A stretch of 64,000 nt of DNA from a virus (taxonomy: Duplodnaviria; Heunggongvirae; Uroviricota; Caudoviricetes). The stretch's first letter is position 1. The number at the start of each line of letters is the position of its first letter. The translations under genes and the position numbers were made by a program. This document shows, piece after piece, positions 27,099 to 37,102 of this stretch. The notes below the pieces were generated by a model. It saw nothing but the letters and a program-made list of their open reading frames with translations. It did not search any database and was not told the origin of the DNA. The stretch lies in the IMG/VR virus record IMGVR_UViG_3300021431_000083; one strand, 5' to 3'.

Positions 27099-28362
27099 AA
27101 GAGTTCATAACTTGCGTTAATTCGATATAATCAATCATATCTCCGTACTTAACACCACGGAAATAATCAACCTTCTGGCCTAAGAATTTAGCACGTACTG
27201 CTCCTTGATACCGCTTAGGCACAACTTTATCAACAGCAATCATAAAAGTCTTGCGATCATCAGTATAATCTACGAAATCACGAGTAAGATTATACCACTT
27301 CATAACACGTTCATCGAACATTTGTACGTACTTATAAACATTATCAGCCTTTTCCTTAGCTTGCGGTTGATATGCAACAGGAATCTTTGAATAAAAATCA
27401 TCCCAACGACCTTCACGAATAGCTGCAATTATAGCGTTGGGAGAAACCATCTTACAAAGAGCATGGTGGAGCATAACATAATCATTATACTTGAGCTTAT
27501 ACTTCTGTCCGTCTACATCAATAACATATCCCTCACCCTCATTAGCCTTACGACCATCATTAAGGGCATCCTGATAAGCTTCTTCAAAAGTCATATCAAA
27601 AATTTTAACATGCGGCACATCATACTTTTCTGCGACTTCTACAACATCCTTATAAGGTAGTTCTACACCATCCTCTACTCGTCGCATTCCAAGTAAATGC
27701 AAACCGAACATTTGTTCGTTATATTGTACAACATGAACATCATCAGGGAAAATACCTTCAAAAATGAAAGTATAATCTCGATAATCCTTTACCATCTGTA
27801 CAGCATTATTATGACTAAACATCCAATGATAATAATTAGCAAGACGATAAGACATATTGGTATCAAGAGCTTGTGACCCAGACATTACCAAATCATTCTT
27901 ATACCAACGAGCACTACAAAGAGAACCGTCAAGCTTATCAGTAATTTCTACTCGGGCCGCATTCTCTATCTTCTCTTGGACTATAGGAAGCTGAGTCTCT
28001 TCTCGCTCATTAATATTAAAGAATTTGCGGAATGGAGTAAGAATAAGACAATCATTAAGTACATCAATTACAACTGAACGACACTCACGATAAAAACCAT
28101 CATAAGCATCCCAGTCAATATCAAGATCATTATACTTAATAAGTAGCATACCCATGCTTTCATTGAGAAGCAAGGGTTCAATCATCTTAGAATAATAATG
28201 ACGCTTAGGATGACCATGATTTCCGAGAGTCCATACCCAATAGGAAAGACAATTAGTAAAGGAATCATCGCGGCCATACTGCCACAAAGCATCCTTGCCG
28301 CACACCTTAACAAATTCATTCTTTACTTCAGTGAAAAAATCTAAAGGTTGATTCCAAGACAT
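27097..28362 (-). CDS. ATP-dependent RNA ligase (Rnl1-like)
   Basis: Motif I KLDGS (T4 Rnl1 has KEDGS). Motif IV EGYVI. Motif V KLK. Confidence 0.55.
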   Translation of the reverse strand: MSWNQPLDFFTEVKNEFVKVCGKDALWQYGRDDSFTNCLSYWVWTLGNHGHPKRHYYSKMIEPLLLNESMGMLLIKYNDLDIDWDAYDGFYRECRSVVIDVLNDCLILTPFRKFFNINEREETQLPIVQEKIENAARVEITDKLDGSLCSARWYKNDLVMSGSQALDTNMSYRLANYYHWMFSHNNAVQMVKDYRDYTFIFEGIFPDDVHVVQYNEQMFGLHLLGMRRVEDGVELPYKDVVEVAEKYDVPHVKIFDMTFEEAYQDALNDGRKANEGEGYVIDVDGQKYKLKYNDYVMLHHALCKMVSPNAIIAAIREGRWDDFYSKIPVAYQPQAKEKADNVYKYVQMFDERVMKWYNLTRDFVDYTDDRKTFMIAVDKVVPKRYQGAVRAKFLGQKVDYFRGVKYGDMIDYIELTQVMNS

Positions 28363-28371
28363 ATTTACCTC

Positions 28372-28868
28372 TTATTCATTAAGTTTCTTTAAACCGTCTG
28401 AAGCATCATACCCTGATGAATCAGCTAATTTAACTTTTCCTTGATAATGATATTGCGGCTTCTGCGGACGTGTATTATATCTCCACCATTCTGAACCATC
28501 ATATTCCGCACGAGACAGCCATGATCCATCATTAAAACAAATGACTAAATCTACTGCAACTTCTTCACTACCATATCCACAATAGTAATTAGTATCTTTC
28601 GCGGCTTCTTTGAATTGTTCAGTGCTAATATAGAAATCATGTCCACCAATCCAAGAAACATCCTCCCAAGTTTTATTATGATAAAATAAAACATGTTCGG
28701 TCTCTTCAAGAAGATTAATCTCGCTCACAGTTTCTCCAATCAGTCTTATATTTTTCTTTGCGGCTATACTTATTTTTTCCATGTGCACCATGTCCGCACA
28801 TCCAACCATTATAGTGCGGTTTTTGTGCATTCCAAATAATTTTAGGATCAATAGTAATAGACCCATGA
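28372..28868 (-). CDS. hypothetical protein. The real start is probably internal: the N-terminal LFLCYNIFI of the track ORF is a translated promoter.
   Basis: The track ORF is 28372..28941. Confidence 0.4.
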
Positions 28869-28904
28869 TACTTCTTTTTGGACATACTATCTCCCCTTTC
28901 CTTA

Positions 28905-28942
28905 TAAATATATTATAACATAAAAATAAGGTAGCTGACAAG
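28905..28942 (-). promoter_or_regulatory. consensus promoter module (TTGTCA, 18-nt spacer, TATAAT)
   Basis: Read on the minus strand. Confidence 0.45.
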
Positions 28943-28967
28943 AGCTACCTTATAACAAGTATAATAA

Positions 28968-29297
28968 TTATTTAAGTGATTTTCCGCACATAGGACAAAA
29001 CTGAATTTCAGTTTTACCTACACCATCAGGAGTACCAAACCGCAGATATCCCTTTGGATCAACATAAATAAATATATCTTTATCATAATAAAGATCAACG
29101 CCATCTTTATTGCCGCAATAAGGACAATCTAACTCTTCTAAAACTGGAATGTCCCAACAAATATCTCGCTTTAATACACTAGGTTTTGGTGTCCATTTAT
29201 AAAGATTTTCTACATATACAGGAGTTTCTTTACGTTCCAAAGTAAGACGGTCCATTACATCCACCATATCTTTCATGTCCTTTCTCGTCGTATACAT
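28968..29297 (-). CDS. zinc-ribbon protein (CPYCGN ... CPMCG)
   Basis: Intact ORF. Confidence 0.45.
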   Translation of the reverse strand: MYTTRKDMKDMVDVMDRLTLERKETPVYVENLYKWTPKPSVLKRDICWDIPVLEELDCPYCGNKDGVDLYYDKDIFIYVDPKGYLRFGTPDGVGKTEIQFCPMCGKSLK

Positions 29298-29417
29298 GCC
29301 ATCGCATCCAGCTACGTTTATTTAATTTACACCATTTTTTAGCAGTATCCAAATCAAAAAACCATGACACATAATGATAACAAAGATCATCATCATATAC
29401 TACTTTATAAATATTCA

Positions 29418-30344
29418 TTACATCAACCCTAGAAACTTGCGGCCTTCTGCTTTAATCAAGCCATTAAGTGCGGCAAAGTCGATTTGAGGATTCTTAGCAC
29501 GTTTACAAAAATCTACAATATTCTCCTCAAGAGTATCCTTCCAAAGTAAATTAAGAAACATACCAATAAATTTGCCATTACCAGGAACATACTCTTCACC
29601 GCAAGCCAGGGCAGTTTTAGCCTTAGCTTTCTCAAGCTCAGATTGAGTCAGATAGCGATTAATGAAATCTTGTTCAACTTCGCCAGCCTGAACAATTCTC
29701 TTTACTCTTGGAGTGTCAGGTCTAAAATCTTCCCGTACATATTTTGCTACAGCATAGCGTCCATAGCAATTTACATAATTGTCTCTACGAATCACAACAC
29801 CCTCTCCAAGAGTATCAGTTCCTTCAAGAAGAAAAGTATTCTCATTCGCAACCTTGATAATATCTTCAAGTGTAGGATTAGTTAACGTGGCAAGAAGTTT
29901 TACACGATAATGAAGTAGATCATACATAATAAGTGCAGCTTCAAGCTCATCCCAGGTTAGATATTTTTCAGTTTCACGATTGTAAATATCAAAAATCCAA
30001 AGTTTATTTGCAGCTTGTTCAGTATACTTTTTTATTGCACCAACTTTTCCTACTGACCATTCTCCATAAATAATCCAATTAGGATTAGCTTGACATGCTT
30101 TAACAAGCAATTGAGCTTCTAATCTTTTAGATTCCATCCAAGCGGCAAAACCAGCATTGTCATTCTCAATAGAAATTTCACGTTTGCGGCTACCATAACG
30201 CATACGACCATCTTCATCTGCCCATACACAACTATTACAACCATCAAGCTTGGCCGTGATTTTTACTTCACCATTTAAAATATTATCAACTTCTGTTTTT
30301 CCTAAACGTTCAACGTGAAGGTAAGGTCTAAAACAATTGGTCAT
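29418..30344 (-). CDS. ATP-dependent polynucleotide ligase (second nucleotidyltransferase-family ligase)
   Basis: Motif I KLDGC. Motif IV EGVVIRR. 308 aa. Confidence 0.5.
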   Translation of the reverse strand: MTNCFRPYLHVERLGKTEVDNILNGEVKITAKLDGCNSCVWADEDGRMRYGSRKREISIENDNAGFAAWMESKRLEAQLLVKACQANPNWIIYGEWSVGKVGAIKKYTEQAANKLWIFDIYNRETEKYLTWDELEAALIMYDLLHYRVKLLATLTNPTLEDIIKVANENTFLLEGTDTLGEGVVIRRDNYVNCYGRYAVAKYVREDFRPDTPRVKRIVQAGEVEQDFINRYLTQSELEKAKAKTALACGEEYVPGNGKFIGMFLNLLWKDTLEENIVDFCKRAKNPQIDFAALNGLIKAEGRKFLGLM

Positions 30345-30540
30345 TGCAACTCCTTAGAAGAGATCGTCATAGGCGTCCATCATTTCAACATACTGCTCTT
30401 CATAATCCCTATCATCAATCCAATCATTTTCATTTATGTCCCAGGGTTCTGCGGTGGCCATATTTGAAAACAAATCAGATTCAAAATCATAGATATGATC
30501 ATCGCCGCATACGTAATCTTCACAATCCATTACATTCTCC

Positions 30541-30876
30541 TTATGCTACTCGCTCACAATAACGATTACAAAAAGTATCAGGGCCAAAATCAAATTCATC
30601 CCATGCCGTACCAGGAATATTAGGGTCAATCTTCCATACTTCAAACCTAATAAAATCATCCATAACTTGCTCATATACATCTGCGGGATCAAGTGGCAAT
30701 TCTCTTTCAGTCTCCTGAATAATTAAATCTGCATATCTGTCGATACTTTGCCGCAAAGAGAGCTTTTTAGCTTTATCTACAGCTTCGTTATGAGTAACAT
30801 CATAAATAATTTCGTATTCATAATCTGGGACAACATCAATCCCACAATAGCCGCAAATTATATAATCATTCTTTTC
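30541..30876 (-). CDS. hypothetical Cys-containing protein. Start at the internal Met (MEKNDYIICGYCG).
   Basis: The N-terminal part of the track ORF is promoter-derived. Confidence 0.4.
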   Translation of the reverse strand, partial: EKNDYIICGYCGIDVVPDYEYEIIYDVTHNEAVDKAKKLSLRQSIDRYADLIIQETERELPLDPADVYEQVMDDFIRFEVWKIDPNIPGTAWDEFDFGPDTFCNRYCERVA

Positions 30877-30894
30877 CATACTTCTCCTTCCTCT

Positions 30895-30935
30895 TATAAA
30901 TATATTATAGCATAAAAATAATGCGACTGGCAAGA
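30895..30935 (-). promoter_or_regulatory. consensus promoter module (approximate)
   Basis: aatatattatagcataaaaataatgcgactggcaa. Confidence 0.45.
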
Positions 30936-31011
30936 AAAATCTTACTACAGCCGCACAGGATATTATTTTACATATATGTAATATTATAGATTTTATTACG
31001 AATAAGTAATA

Positions 31012-31752
31012 TTACCAAGAGAGAGTATGTTTAGGAATTAGTTGTTTAGGATGATCTGGATGATTCTTGTTATAAAGCCGCACACTTGCTTCATAATCTA
31101 TCTTGCCAGTCTTGCGGTCATATACTGCATCTTCCTTCTTTTGAGTAATAAGCATGTGCCGCACATAAGGTTCTTCAAGAAACTTAAAGCTTGGCTTTTC
31201 AAGTTTACCGAGTAAATTCATTACTCTCTTGGAAGAAGCAAGCTGATAATTAAGCATATGGACATTCACATTAAAATGCTGTTCACTATCAAGACGTTCA
31301 CAGTGAAGGTGGCCATGAACATTTAAAGTTCCTGCGGGACAAGGCCACACAGGTTCATGAGAAATTATAATTCTAGGATGAATATAAACTGGCATGGTAT
31401 AAACTTTATCAAATACCCTTTGAAATCTATCGAGTTCAGATCGAGCATCATGATTTCCCATTACAAAATGACATTCAATGCCATATTCCCATCTTAACTT
31501 ACGGATTACCCACAGATGATCAATATTACCAAAATCACCTAAATGAAATAAGATTGCTCCATAGTGTTTTTCTGCCCAAGAAAAAAGTAAATTATCAATT
31601 GTATCATCATGCTCTTTAATAGTTTTGAACTGTGTACGTTCAAAAAAAATTACACCACGTTGTTCTCCTTGTTTATTTTGATTTATATGATTATAATGAG
31701 TATCGGATATAAACCAAGTATTAGAAATATCATTAATCATACTTACCACCAA
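31012..31752 (-). CDS. calcineurin-like metallophosphoesterase (second copy)
   Basis: Motifs DTHYNH, GDFGN, GNHD, GHLH. Confidence 0.55.
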   Translation of the reverse strand: MVVSMINDISNTWFISDTHYNHINQNKQGEQRGVIFFERTQFKTIKEHDDTIDNLLFSWAEKHYGAILFHLGDFGNIDHLWVIRKLRWEYGIECHFVMGNHDARSELDRFQRVFDKVYTMPVYIHPRIIISHEPVWPCPAGTLNVHGHLHCERLDSEQHFNVNVHMLNYQLASSKRVMNLLGKLEKPSFKFLEEPYVRHMLITQKKEDAVYDRKTGKIDYEASVRLYNKNHPDHPKQLIPKHTLSW

Positions 31753-32192
31753 AGATAGAAAATTATTTCGCCCAAATATTTTAATGCTTTTTCAACTTGC
31801 TTTTGAGCCGCAATCTCTTCACCAGTAGCCCAAGTATCAATATCATTAATACAAATAAGCCATCGTTCAAAACTATCCATAATATAAACAACAGCTTCTA
31901 ACTCAGTTAATTCCATACCATCAATATTGAATTTATAATACTCAAGATCAATGGTGCCATAACTAGCTTCAAGATACATATTAAGCCAAGTATAAAGTTG
32001 TTCAATTATCCAAGAGTCAAGATTATAAGTTACTCTATCATCATATCCACCACACTTGCGGCGTTGTGTAAAATCCCGTACCCACCGCATAGGGTGAAAA
32101 CCCATATGTTTCCAGTTAATACCATAACTGTGAATATCAGGATTGATTTTTTCAAGATATATATTACGTTGTCTCATTAGCATTTCTCCCAC
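31743..32192 (-). CDS. hypothetical protein (149 aa)
   Basis: Intact ORF. Confidence 0.45.
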   Translation of the reverse strand: MGEMLMRQRNIYLEKINPDIHSYGINWKHMGFHPMRWVRDFTQRRKCGGYDDRVTYNLDSWIIEQLYTWLNMYLEASYGTIDLEYYKFNIDGMELTELEAVVYIMDSFERWLICINDIDTWATGEEIAAQKQVEKALKYLGEIIFYLWW

Positions 32193-32455
32193 AATTCATA
32201 ATGAGCACATTCTAACATAGTGTTATGAATAGTTTCATCATAATCATAGCCATTCGCGGCCATATGCTCAGCGTAATGTTTAATTTCATTCATATAAGGG
32301 TCAAGAAGAGTAAAAGCAAATTCAAGTGCTTGAGCATGAGCATCTGTCTGTGTCGTTGCATGAATTATTTTATATTGACATTTGCTATTGGAACCGTCCC
32401 AATTCTCATATGCCCTGACCAAAAACTCTCTCACATATACATATCCCTCTGCCAT
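32177..32455 (-). CDS. hypothetical protein (92 aa)
   Basis: Intact ORF. Confidence 0.45.
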   Translation of the reverse strand: MAEGYVYVREFLVRAYENWDGSNSKCQYKIIHATTQTDAHAQALEFAFTLLDPYMNEIKHYAEHMAANGYDYDETIHNTMLECAHYELWEKC

Positions 32456-32479
32456 AATATATATATCCTTTCTTCTTTG

Positions 32480-32516
32480 ATAAATATATTATAGCATAAA
32501 AATAGTGCGGCTGTCC
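32480..32516 (-). promoter_or_regulatory. consensus promoter module (TGGACA, 18-nt spacer, TATAAT)
   Basis: Read on the minus strand. Confidence 0.45.
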
Positions 32517-32867
32517 AGTAAAATCTTAGGACAACCGCACTTGACATCACCAGAGCCGCAGTAGTGAAGAGGGCTTTTATTATTAATGACCAATAAGCTG
32601 CTGGTCTACTCTGCGGAGTAATAAGGTTTTGACTCTGAAGAACCTCTTTCATTCTAACTTCCTTAGTTCAGAGCATGCAGTAAAGCGCCCTCGTTTTTCC
32701 ACACAATGCCATGTGCTGATCATTCTCTAACTAAGTTCCGTATCGCGCTCCAATAAAAGTATTTTCTTAAAGTACAGACGGCATCATCTGTACTTGCAGC
32801 CTGACCAGGGCAGACCATCACCTTTTGGCTTCTTAATGAATAATATTCATAATACGGTCTAGGTCTT

Positions 32868-32904
32868 TATAAATATATTATAACAAATAATTTATTTATT
32901 GTCT
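32868..32904 (-). promoter_or_regulatory. consensus promoter module (weak -35)
   Basis: aatatattataacaaataatttatttattgtcta. Confidence 0.35.
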
Positions 32905-32915
32905 ATTAAAATTTA

Positions 32916-33146
32916 TTACTTATCATAATATTCTTTATACCAATCTTTATAAGCAAAACCGCAAGCATTGCCCATCCACACAGCGCCAAGAATACCAGTT
33001 AATCCAAGAGCAACAGCAATTGGGATTCCAACGTAAGGAATTTTACTGGTAGCAGACACTAAGAATCCTGTCCATGCAGTTTCTCCTATAACAGATGCCG
33101 CACTGAGTCCTGTAATTGCAGAGAACTCTTTCCACTTCTTCTCCAT
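32916..33146 (-). CDS. small two-TM membrane protein (holin-like?)
   Basis: Two hydrophobic helices. Charged C-terminal tail KDWYKEYYDK. Confidence 0.4.
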   Translation of the reverse strand: MEKKWKEFSAITGLSAASVIGETAWTGFLVSATSKIPYVGIPIAVALGLTGILGAVWMGNACGFAYKDWYKEYYDK

Positions 33147-33148
33147 TA

Positions 33149-33583
33149 CTAAAAAATCCTTTCAGATGCAAAACCATCATTTGTTGAATAAAGAATATTT
33201 CGTATACCCTTATCTCGCAAAGCTTTCATACAACCAGCACAAGGTCTTGCCAATCCCATGTGTAGTTTCTTACCATTACAAATGCGGAAAATATATACCT
33301 TAACCTTACTCCAATCAATAGATTCTTGTATGGGATAAGGTATAGATTTCAATGCTGCAATTTCCGCATGAACACTATGTTTTATAGGTTGCTTGCTGCA
33401 CTTATTAAATTTACGTTCTTTATTATATTTTTTTTGAAGTGGATCTGTCTTATCAGAATTAGCACCACGGCCAATAATACGACCTTTATAAACAATAATG
33501 CATCCAAGATGAAAACGTGCAAAATCACTGTGCAATGCTTCTTGACGAGCCAATTCAAAAAACCTATAATCTTTCTTATTCAT
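33149..33583 (-). CDS. dCMP/cytidine deaminase family zinc-dependent deaminase
   Basis: HAE ... PCAGC zinc-binding signature. Confidence 0.6.
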   Translation of the reverse strand: MNKKDYRFFELARQEALHSDFARFHLGCIIVYKGRIIGRGANSDKTDPLQKKYNKERKFNKCSKQPIKHSVHAEIAALKSIPYPIQESIDWSKVKVYIFRICNGKKLHMGLARPCAGCMKALRDKGIRNILYSTNDGFASERIF

Positions 33584-33605
33584 AGTTCCCTTTCTCTCTA
33601 TAAAT

Positions 33606-33642
33606 ATATTATATCATAGATTAATTGTGGCCGTCTAGTAAT
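33606..33642 (-). promoter_or_regulatory. consensus promoter module (TAGACG, spacer, TATGAT)
   Basis: aatatattatatcatagattaattgtggccgtcta. Confidence 0.4.
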
Positions 33643-33686
33643 TTTTCAAGGCAATAAAAAAATAGGGTTTATATAGATTATAAACC

Positions 33687-34256
33687 CTATAGTGTTGTAA
33701 TAATTGCATCGTCTAAAATAACCTTAGTTACTTTTGAATCGGTTTCTATTGTTTGATTATTTGTTGCAGAAAATTTCCATAATTGTTCTACATTTAGTCC
33801 ATCACACCTTGCAAAAGCATCACCAATTTTATTGCCATCTTTATCTAATAATGAAAAATTTAATTCTATACTTGTAAAGTGCTTATCAGATATATTTTTT
33901 AAAGTGCCGTCTATATTGTATATTTTACCATTTTCTTGCGGCTTAGAATTAAAATTAATTTCATAAACATCATTATCTTCATTACCTAAAGCATATAAAA
34001 CAGCTCTTGCACCATGCTCTGACATTGCACTAGAACTATGAAGTATATGAACTCTATTTACTTGATGCGGCAACATATTTGCAAACAAGTCTTGATAATT
34101 ATAAGTATTTCCAACGAATAAACCAAGAGCAAAACAGAGTAAAACGATTCCAATACACTGGGCGGTTATTTTACGCCCTCTCTTCTTTTTATCTTTATCC
34201 ATTCTTTCTCTCCTAACTTCTTTTGTAACGAATAGTATAGTTCTATCTCGCTCCAA
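33687..34256 (-). CDS. hypothetical membrane-anchored protein (189 aa)
   Basis: Basic N-terminus followed by a TM helix. Confidence 0.45.
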   Translation of the reverse strand: MERDRTILFVTKEVRRERMDKDKKKRGRKITAQCIGIVLLCFALGLFVGNTYNYQDLFANMLPHQVNRVHILHSSSAMSEHGARAVLYALGNEDNDVYEINFNSKPQENGKIYNIDGTLKNISDKHFTSIELNFSLLDKDGNKIGDAFARCDGLNVEQLWKFSATNNQTIETDSKVTKVILDDAIITTL

Positions 34257-34805
34257 GAGAAGTGATAAGTGTTATATCGTGTACTTATCAAAACACGTCC
34301 GCATTATTTCTACTAACTTAGCCCTTGCGGCAAGACTCGGTTACATTCTCAGCAACTTAGTTTAGGCCATTCCGCCAGACAAGACACTTTTATGTTTATA
34401 ACATAAGCAGGATTTGAACCTGCCCCTCCTAAACATTGCGGCATTCAATCCACTTTTACCTTGTATTCATGCCCCGCAAGGTTCGGTTTCGGGGACTTCC
34501 CCTGTTTGATATCCTTTTCAGATATGCGGAGGACCATAGGCATATACATCAACCTTAAAGCAGCTCAGTCACGCATGATGATGTTCATCAGGAAGGGATT
34601 CCAACCCTTGTGTTGGGTTTCTCACCACCAACTATAGTATATGTCCGGAGCCCAAGACTTTCGTCCCACGTGAGGCCGTCCTTATCACGTGTTGCCGCAC
34701 AAAGCGACCATTTCTGAGAACGCAATGCCACACGTTCTCGCATCTCTTTCTTCTCTTGGAAGATGAGTAAAAATAAAGTATCTTTATTTTCTATTAATAG
34801 TATAA

Positions 34806-34842
34806 TATAAATAAAGGCGGTTGTCAATAAAATTTTTAACAG
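34806..34842 (-). promoter_or_regulatory. consensus promoter module pointing into the 34.3-34.8 kb noncoding island
   Basis: tataatataaataaaggcggttgtcaa. Confidence 0.4.
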
Positions 34843-34855
34843 CCGCCTTGTTGTT

Positions 34856-35266
34856 CTAAAGTTTTTCTACAACTGCTGGGAAGTTGTTAATAACACAACT
34901 ACCGCTAATTGTTGTTGTTAAAACGCTGTCACAGTCACATCCGCAATTACGGACTAGTGCTTTAATTGGAAGAGCTATTGGAGTATTAAGTGCACCAGTA
35001 AGAGTAATAGAAGCTCCACGAACAGGTTTACCATCTTGGAAAAGTCTAGCTGTAATTGGGCCTGCGGCAGTAGGTGTAACAACCAATGTTTGATCTACAT
35101 CAAAATATCCAGCACCACAACATTGAATTGAACCACCTTGTGATTGAACGCATTGACCAAATCGACGAACGATTGAGCCATAAGGTACTTGTACAGGAAC
35201 ATTATTAGTAACTGTAACACTGGTACCAGTATCATTTACAGTATAAATTGCGGATTTACAAGTCAT
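34856..35266 (-). CDS. Cys-rich small protein (136 aa)
   Basis: Intact under the standard code. Motifs CCGAGY, NCGCDCDS. Confidence 0.45.
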   Translation of the reverse strand: MTCKSAIYTVNDTGTSVTVTNNVPVQVPYGSIVRRFGQCVQSQGGSIQCCGAGYFDVDQTLVVTPTAAGPITARLFQDGKPVRGASITLTGALNTPIALPIKALVRNCGCDCDSVLTTTISGSCVINNFPAVVEKL

Positions 35267-35338
35267 TTTTGTAACTTCCTTCCTTGTCTAAACTGACATA
35301 TAGGGGTAATGCTTTACATTACCCCTAAAACTATTTAA

Positions 35339-36001
35339 TTAAATATTGCCGCAGCAACCGCCATAATTGCCACAACCGCAGAAGGGATTATTGCCTGCAT
35401 TATATGCGAACATATTTGGATAACGAACAACTCCCTGCATAGCTTGGTCTAATTGTAGCTGATTAATCTGATTTTGCATATCGGCCATACGATTACCAGT
35501 AATCTGATCAGATACTCCTTGAATCTTATCACCAATTTTCTGAACTGCATCATTAACTTGCATAGCAACGTTATAATTGACACCGTCAATCGCGCGTTGG
35601 ACGCTGCAGCAGCATTCATTTTCTTTTGCAAGAAGATTTGCTTGACCAACCGCAAGACCAGCAATATCACGTTGTAGTTCCTGATATTTATCACTTAACG
35701 CACTAATAGTATCATGGAATACTTGGTTTGTAGTCTGTATGCCTTGCATTGTACCAGCATTTACAGCCGCAAGAATTTCACGCTGATTCGCCATGCTGTT
35801 TTGATTATCGAAACCACGCTGTACTTCGTTAGAAGTTGCTAGATTTTCATAACCAATAGCATTAGCAAAACCATTGTTACCAAAGCCATTATTGCCCCAG
35901 CCAAAGATTAAAGCAAAAAGAACAATGACTCACCAGCAACCACCACCCCAATCATTATCATGATTAAGAGCAGCAATATCACTTAATGTCATATCAGCCA
36001 T
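35339..36001 (-). CDS. Gly/Cys-rich protein ending CGCGNYGGCCGNI, 220 aa, needs code 4 (one TGA)
   Basis: Hand translation MADMTLSDIAALNHDNDWGGGCW(TGA)VIVLFALIFGW... joins the track ORF 35339..35794. Confidence 0.45.
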
Positions 36002-36064
36002 AAATATATCCTTCCATTCATTAACAATATTTTATATATCCACTGATTCGCGCGTTCTCAGTAG

Positions 36065-36289
36065 TTATCTTACCATATTTTTGAATGAGCTAAAATCAAA
36101 TCCTCTCTCTTGGAAGGCTTGTTCGGGAGTCTTTCCCTTCATAGAATTAGCAAAATCTCTAAATTGCGGATTTGATTGATACATTTGATTAAACAACTGT
36201 TCCGCACCGCCACCTTTTAATTGATTGATAAGGCCAAAGATACCTTGATTACCAGGTTGCGGCTGATTATCAAATAAGGGATTGGGCAT
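36065..36289 (-). CDS. hypothetical Q/N/G-rich protein (74 aa)
   Basis: Intact ORF, TAA stop. Confidence 0.45.
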   Translation of the reverse strand: MPNPLFDNQPQPGNQGIFGLINQLKGGGAEQLFNQMYQSNPQFRDFANSMKGKTPEQAFQERGFDFSSFKNMVR

Positions 36290-36290
36290 A

Positions 36291-36677
36291 TTAATTCACT
36301 AATCCTTCCAACATATTCTTTAATTCAGAAATATTATTTTGTAATCCTTCTAAATCATCTTTAGTTACGAAATTTGAAGTATCAATTTGTTCAACAACAG
36401 GTTGAACTTCAGGAGTTTTTATTTCTTCAAAAGAAAAAGTTCTTAATGGTAGTGGAAAACCACCATCATCAGTAGTTTTTAAATAAAATACAGGATTATC
36501 TGCATCAAATAAAACAACAGAAGAATCACGACCGAGAGGATATGCTTTTGCACTTTCTGGTCCTGTTACTCTAAAAATATTGTTTATAGAATTTCTATTA
36601 TTTAATTGCTGTTGTTGTTGATATGGTTGATTTCATTGTCAATTATTATTATTTGGCATTCAACCATTATATTGTCC
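36291..36677 (-). CDS. hypothetical protein, 128 aa, needs code 4 (three TGA)
   Basis: MPAGQYNGW(TGA)MPNNNNW(TGA)QW(TGA)NQPYQQQQ... TAA stop. Confidence 0.45.
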
Positions 36678-36689
36678 CGCAGGCATAGC

Positions 36690-36998
36690 TATCACCTTCT
36701 ATCCTTCTGCGTTCATAACGTATGCTTTGGCTAAAGCCATTTTGTCTATTTTAGCTTGTTCCATTTCTTCTCAAAGTTCCATTAACATTGGATCTACTTT
36801 TTCACCGAGTTTACTTTCAGCTAATTTTTTAGACATGTTATGTAATGATTGAGCATGTTCTAACTCTTGCTTAGCCATACTAACATACATTTTAGATAAT
36901 TCTGGATGTTCACGACATGAATTAGCACAGTTAGAATATTCTATTACACCATCTAACTCCTCCATAGTTTGATCATAGAGTTTCCGCATAATCTTCAT
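36690..36998 (-). CDS. hypothetical protein, 102 aa, needs code 4 (one TGA)
   Basis: The track ORF 36771..36998 ends at TGA. It continues ELW(TGA)EEMEQAKIDKMALAKAYVMNAEG to a TAG. Confidence 0.5.
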
Positions 36999-37102
36999 AG
37001 ACGTTTCTCCTTTGATTTTCTTTTTATCTTCTATTATATATAATTTTTAAAGATAATAGTTTATGCACATTCGTTAAAAAATTTTTTAACGGCATAAAAA
37101 AA

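Noticed and set aside
28372-32652. Shared N-terminal peptide LFLCYNIFI on three ORFs (28372..28941, 30541..30933, 32431..32652), which looks like a conserved signal peptide
   Set aside because: It is the in-frame translation of the repeated promoter module (TTATTTTTATGCTATAATATATTTATAAGAG). The real starts are internal ATGs with RBSs.
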